From Sphyrna mokarran (Eukaryota), in NCBI GenBank assembly GCA_024679065.1, contig JAGIQG010000024.1:40362001-40426000 (forward strand): a DNA stretch of 64,000 nucleotides, written 5' to 3'. The notes below the pieces were generated by a model. It was not told the origin of the DNA, ran no database searches, and saw nothing but the letters and a program-made list of their open reading frames with translations. Positions 63,856 through 64,000 of this stretch are shown in pieces; position 1 is the first letter of the stretch; every line of letters begins with the position of its first letter. The position numbers were made by a program, and so were the translations under genes.

Positions 63856-64000
63856 GGGATGGCATAGTGGTTAGCACTACTGCCTCACAGTGCCAAGGTC
63901 TTGGGTTAGGTTCTGGCTTGACTCACTGTCTGTATGGAGTCTGCATGTTTTCCCCAAGTCTAAGTGGGATTCCTCCCACCGTCCAGAGATGTGCAGTTGG
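63856..64000 (+). mobile_element. HE1/V-SINE-like SINE, cut by the window end
   Basis: ggcatagtggttagcactactgcctcacag head and V core. Confidence 0.8.

Overview
Eukaryotic (vertebrate) genomic DNA, almost certainly a shark or other elasmobranch, inferred from abundant HE1/V-SINE-like SINEs with partner CR1 LINE tails. Two protein-coding genes are recognisable on the + strand. The first is OSCP1, last five coding exons (814-17635), which splice in frame through GT-AG junctions to a stop. The second is LSM10: CpG-rich promoter and non-coding exon 1 near 21.4-21.5 kb, single-exon CDS at 24012-24377. The rest is dominated by nested transposons: many CR1 LINE fragments, a near full-length RTE LINE in the last OSCP1 intron, Penelope-like elements (PLE) carrying minimal hammerhead ribozyme motifs, two heavily decayed Copia-order LTR retrotransposons, a Harbinger Myb/SANT relic and MITEs, three SINE families, and two minisatellites (35 bp and 32 bp units). 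The best candidates for novelty are (i) a CR1 family whose long 3' UTR holds a conserved, apparently co-varying ~130-nt RNA structure behind a splice-acceptor-like motif, followed by a captured V-SINE, and (ii) three PLE hammerheads with co-varying helices, of which only the copy sense to the LSM10 pre-mRNA has a broken catalytic core. Family names come from recall of motifs, not database searches; TE boundaries are approximate.
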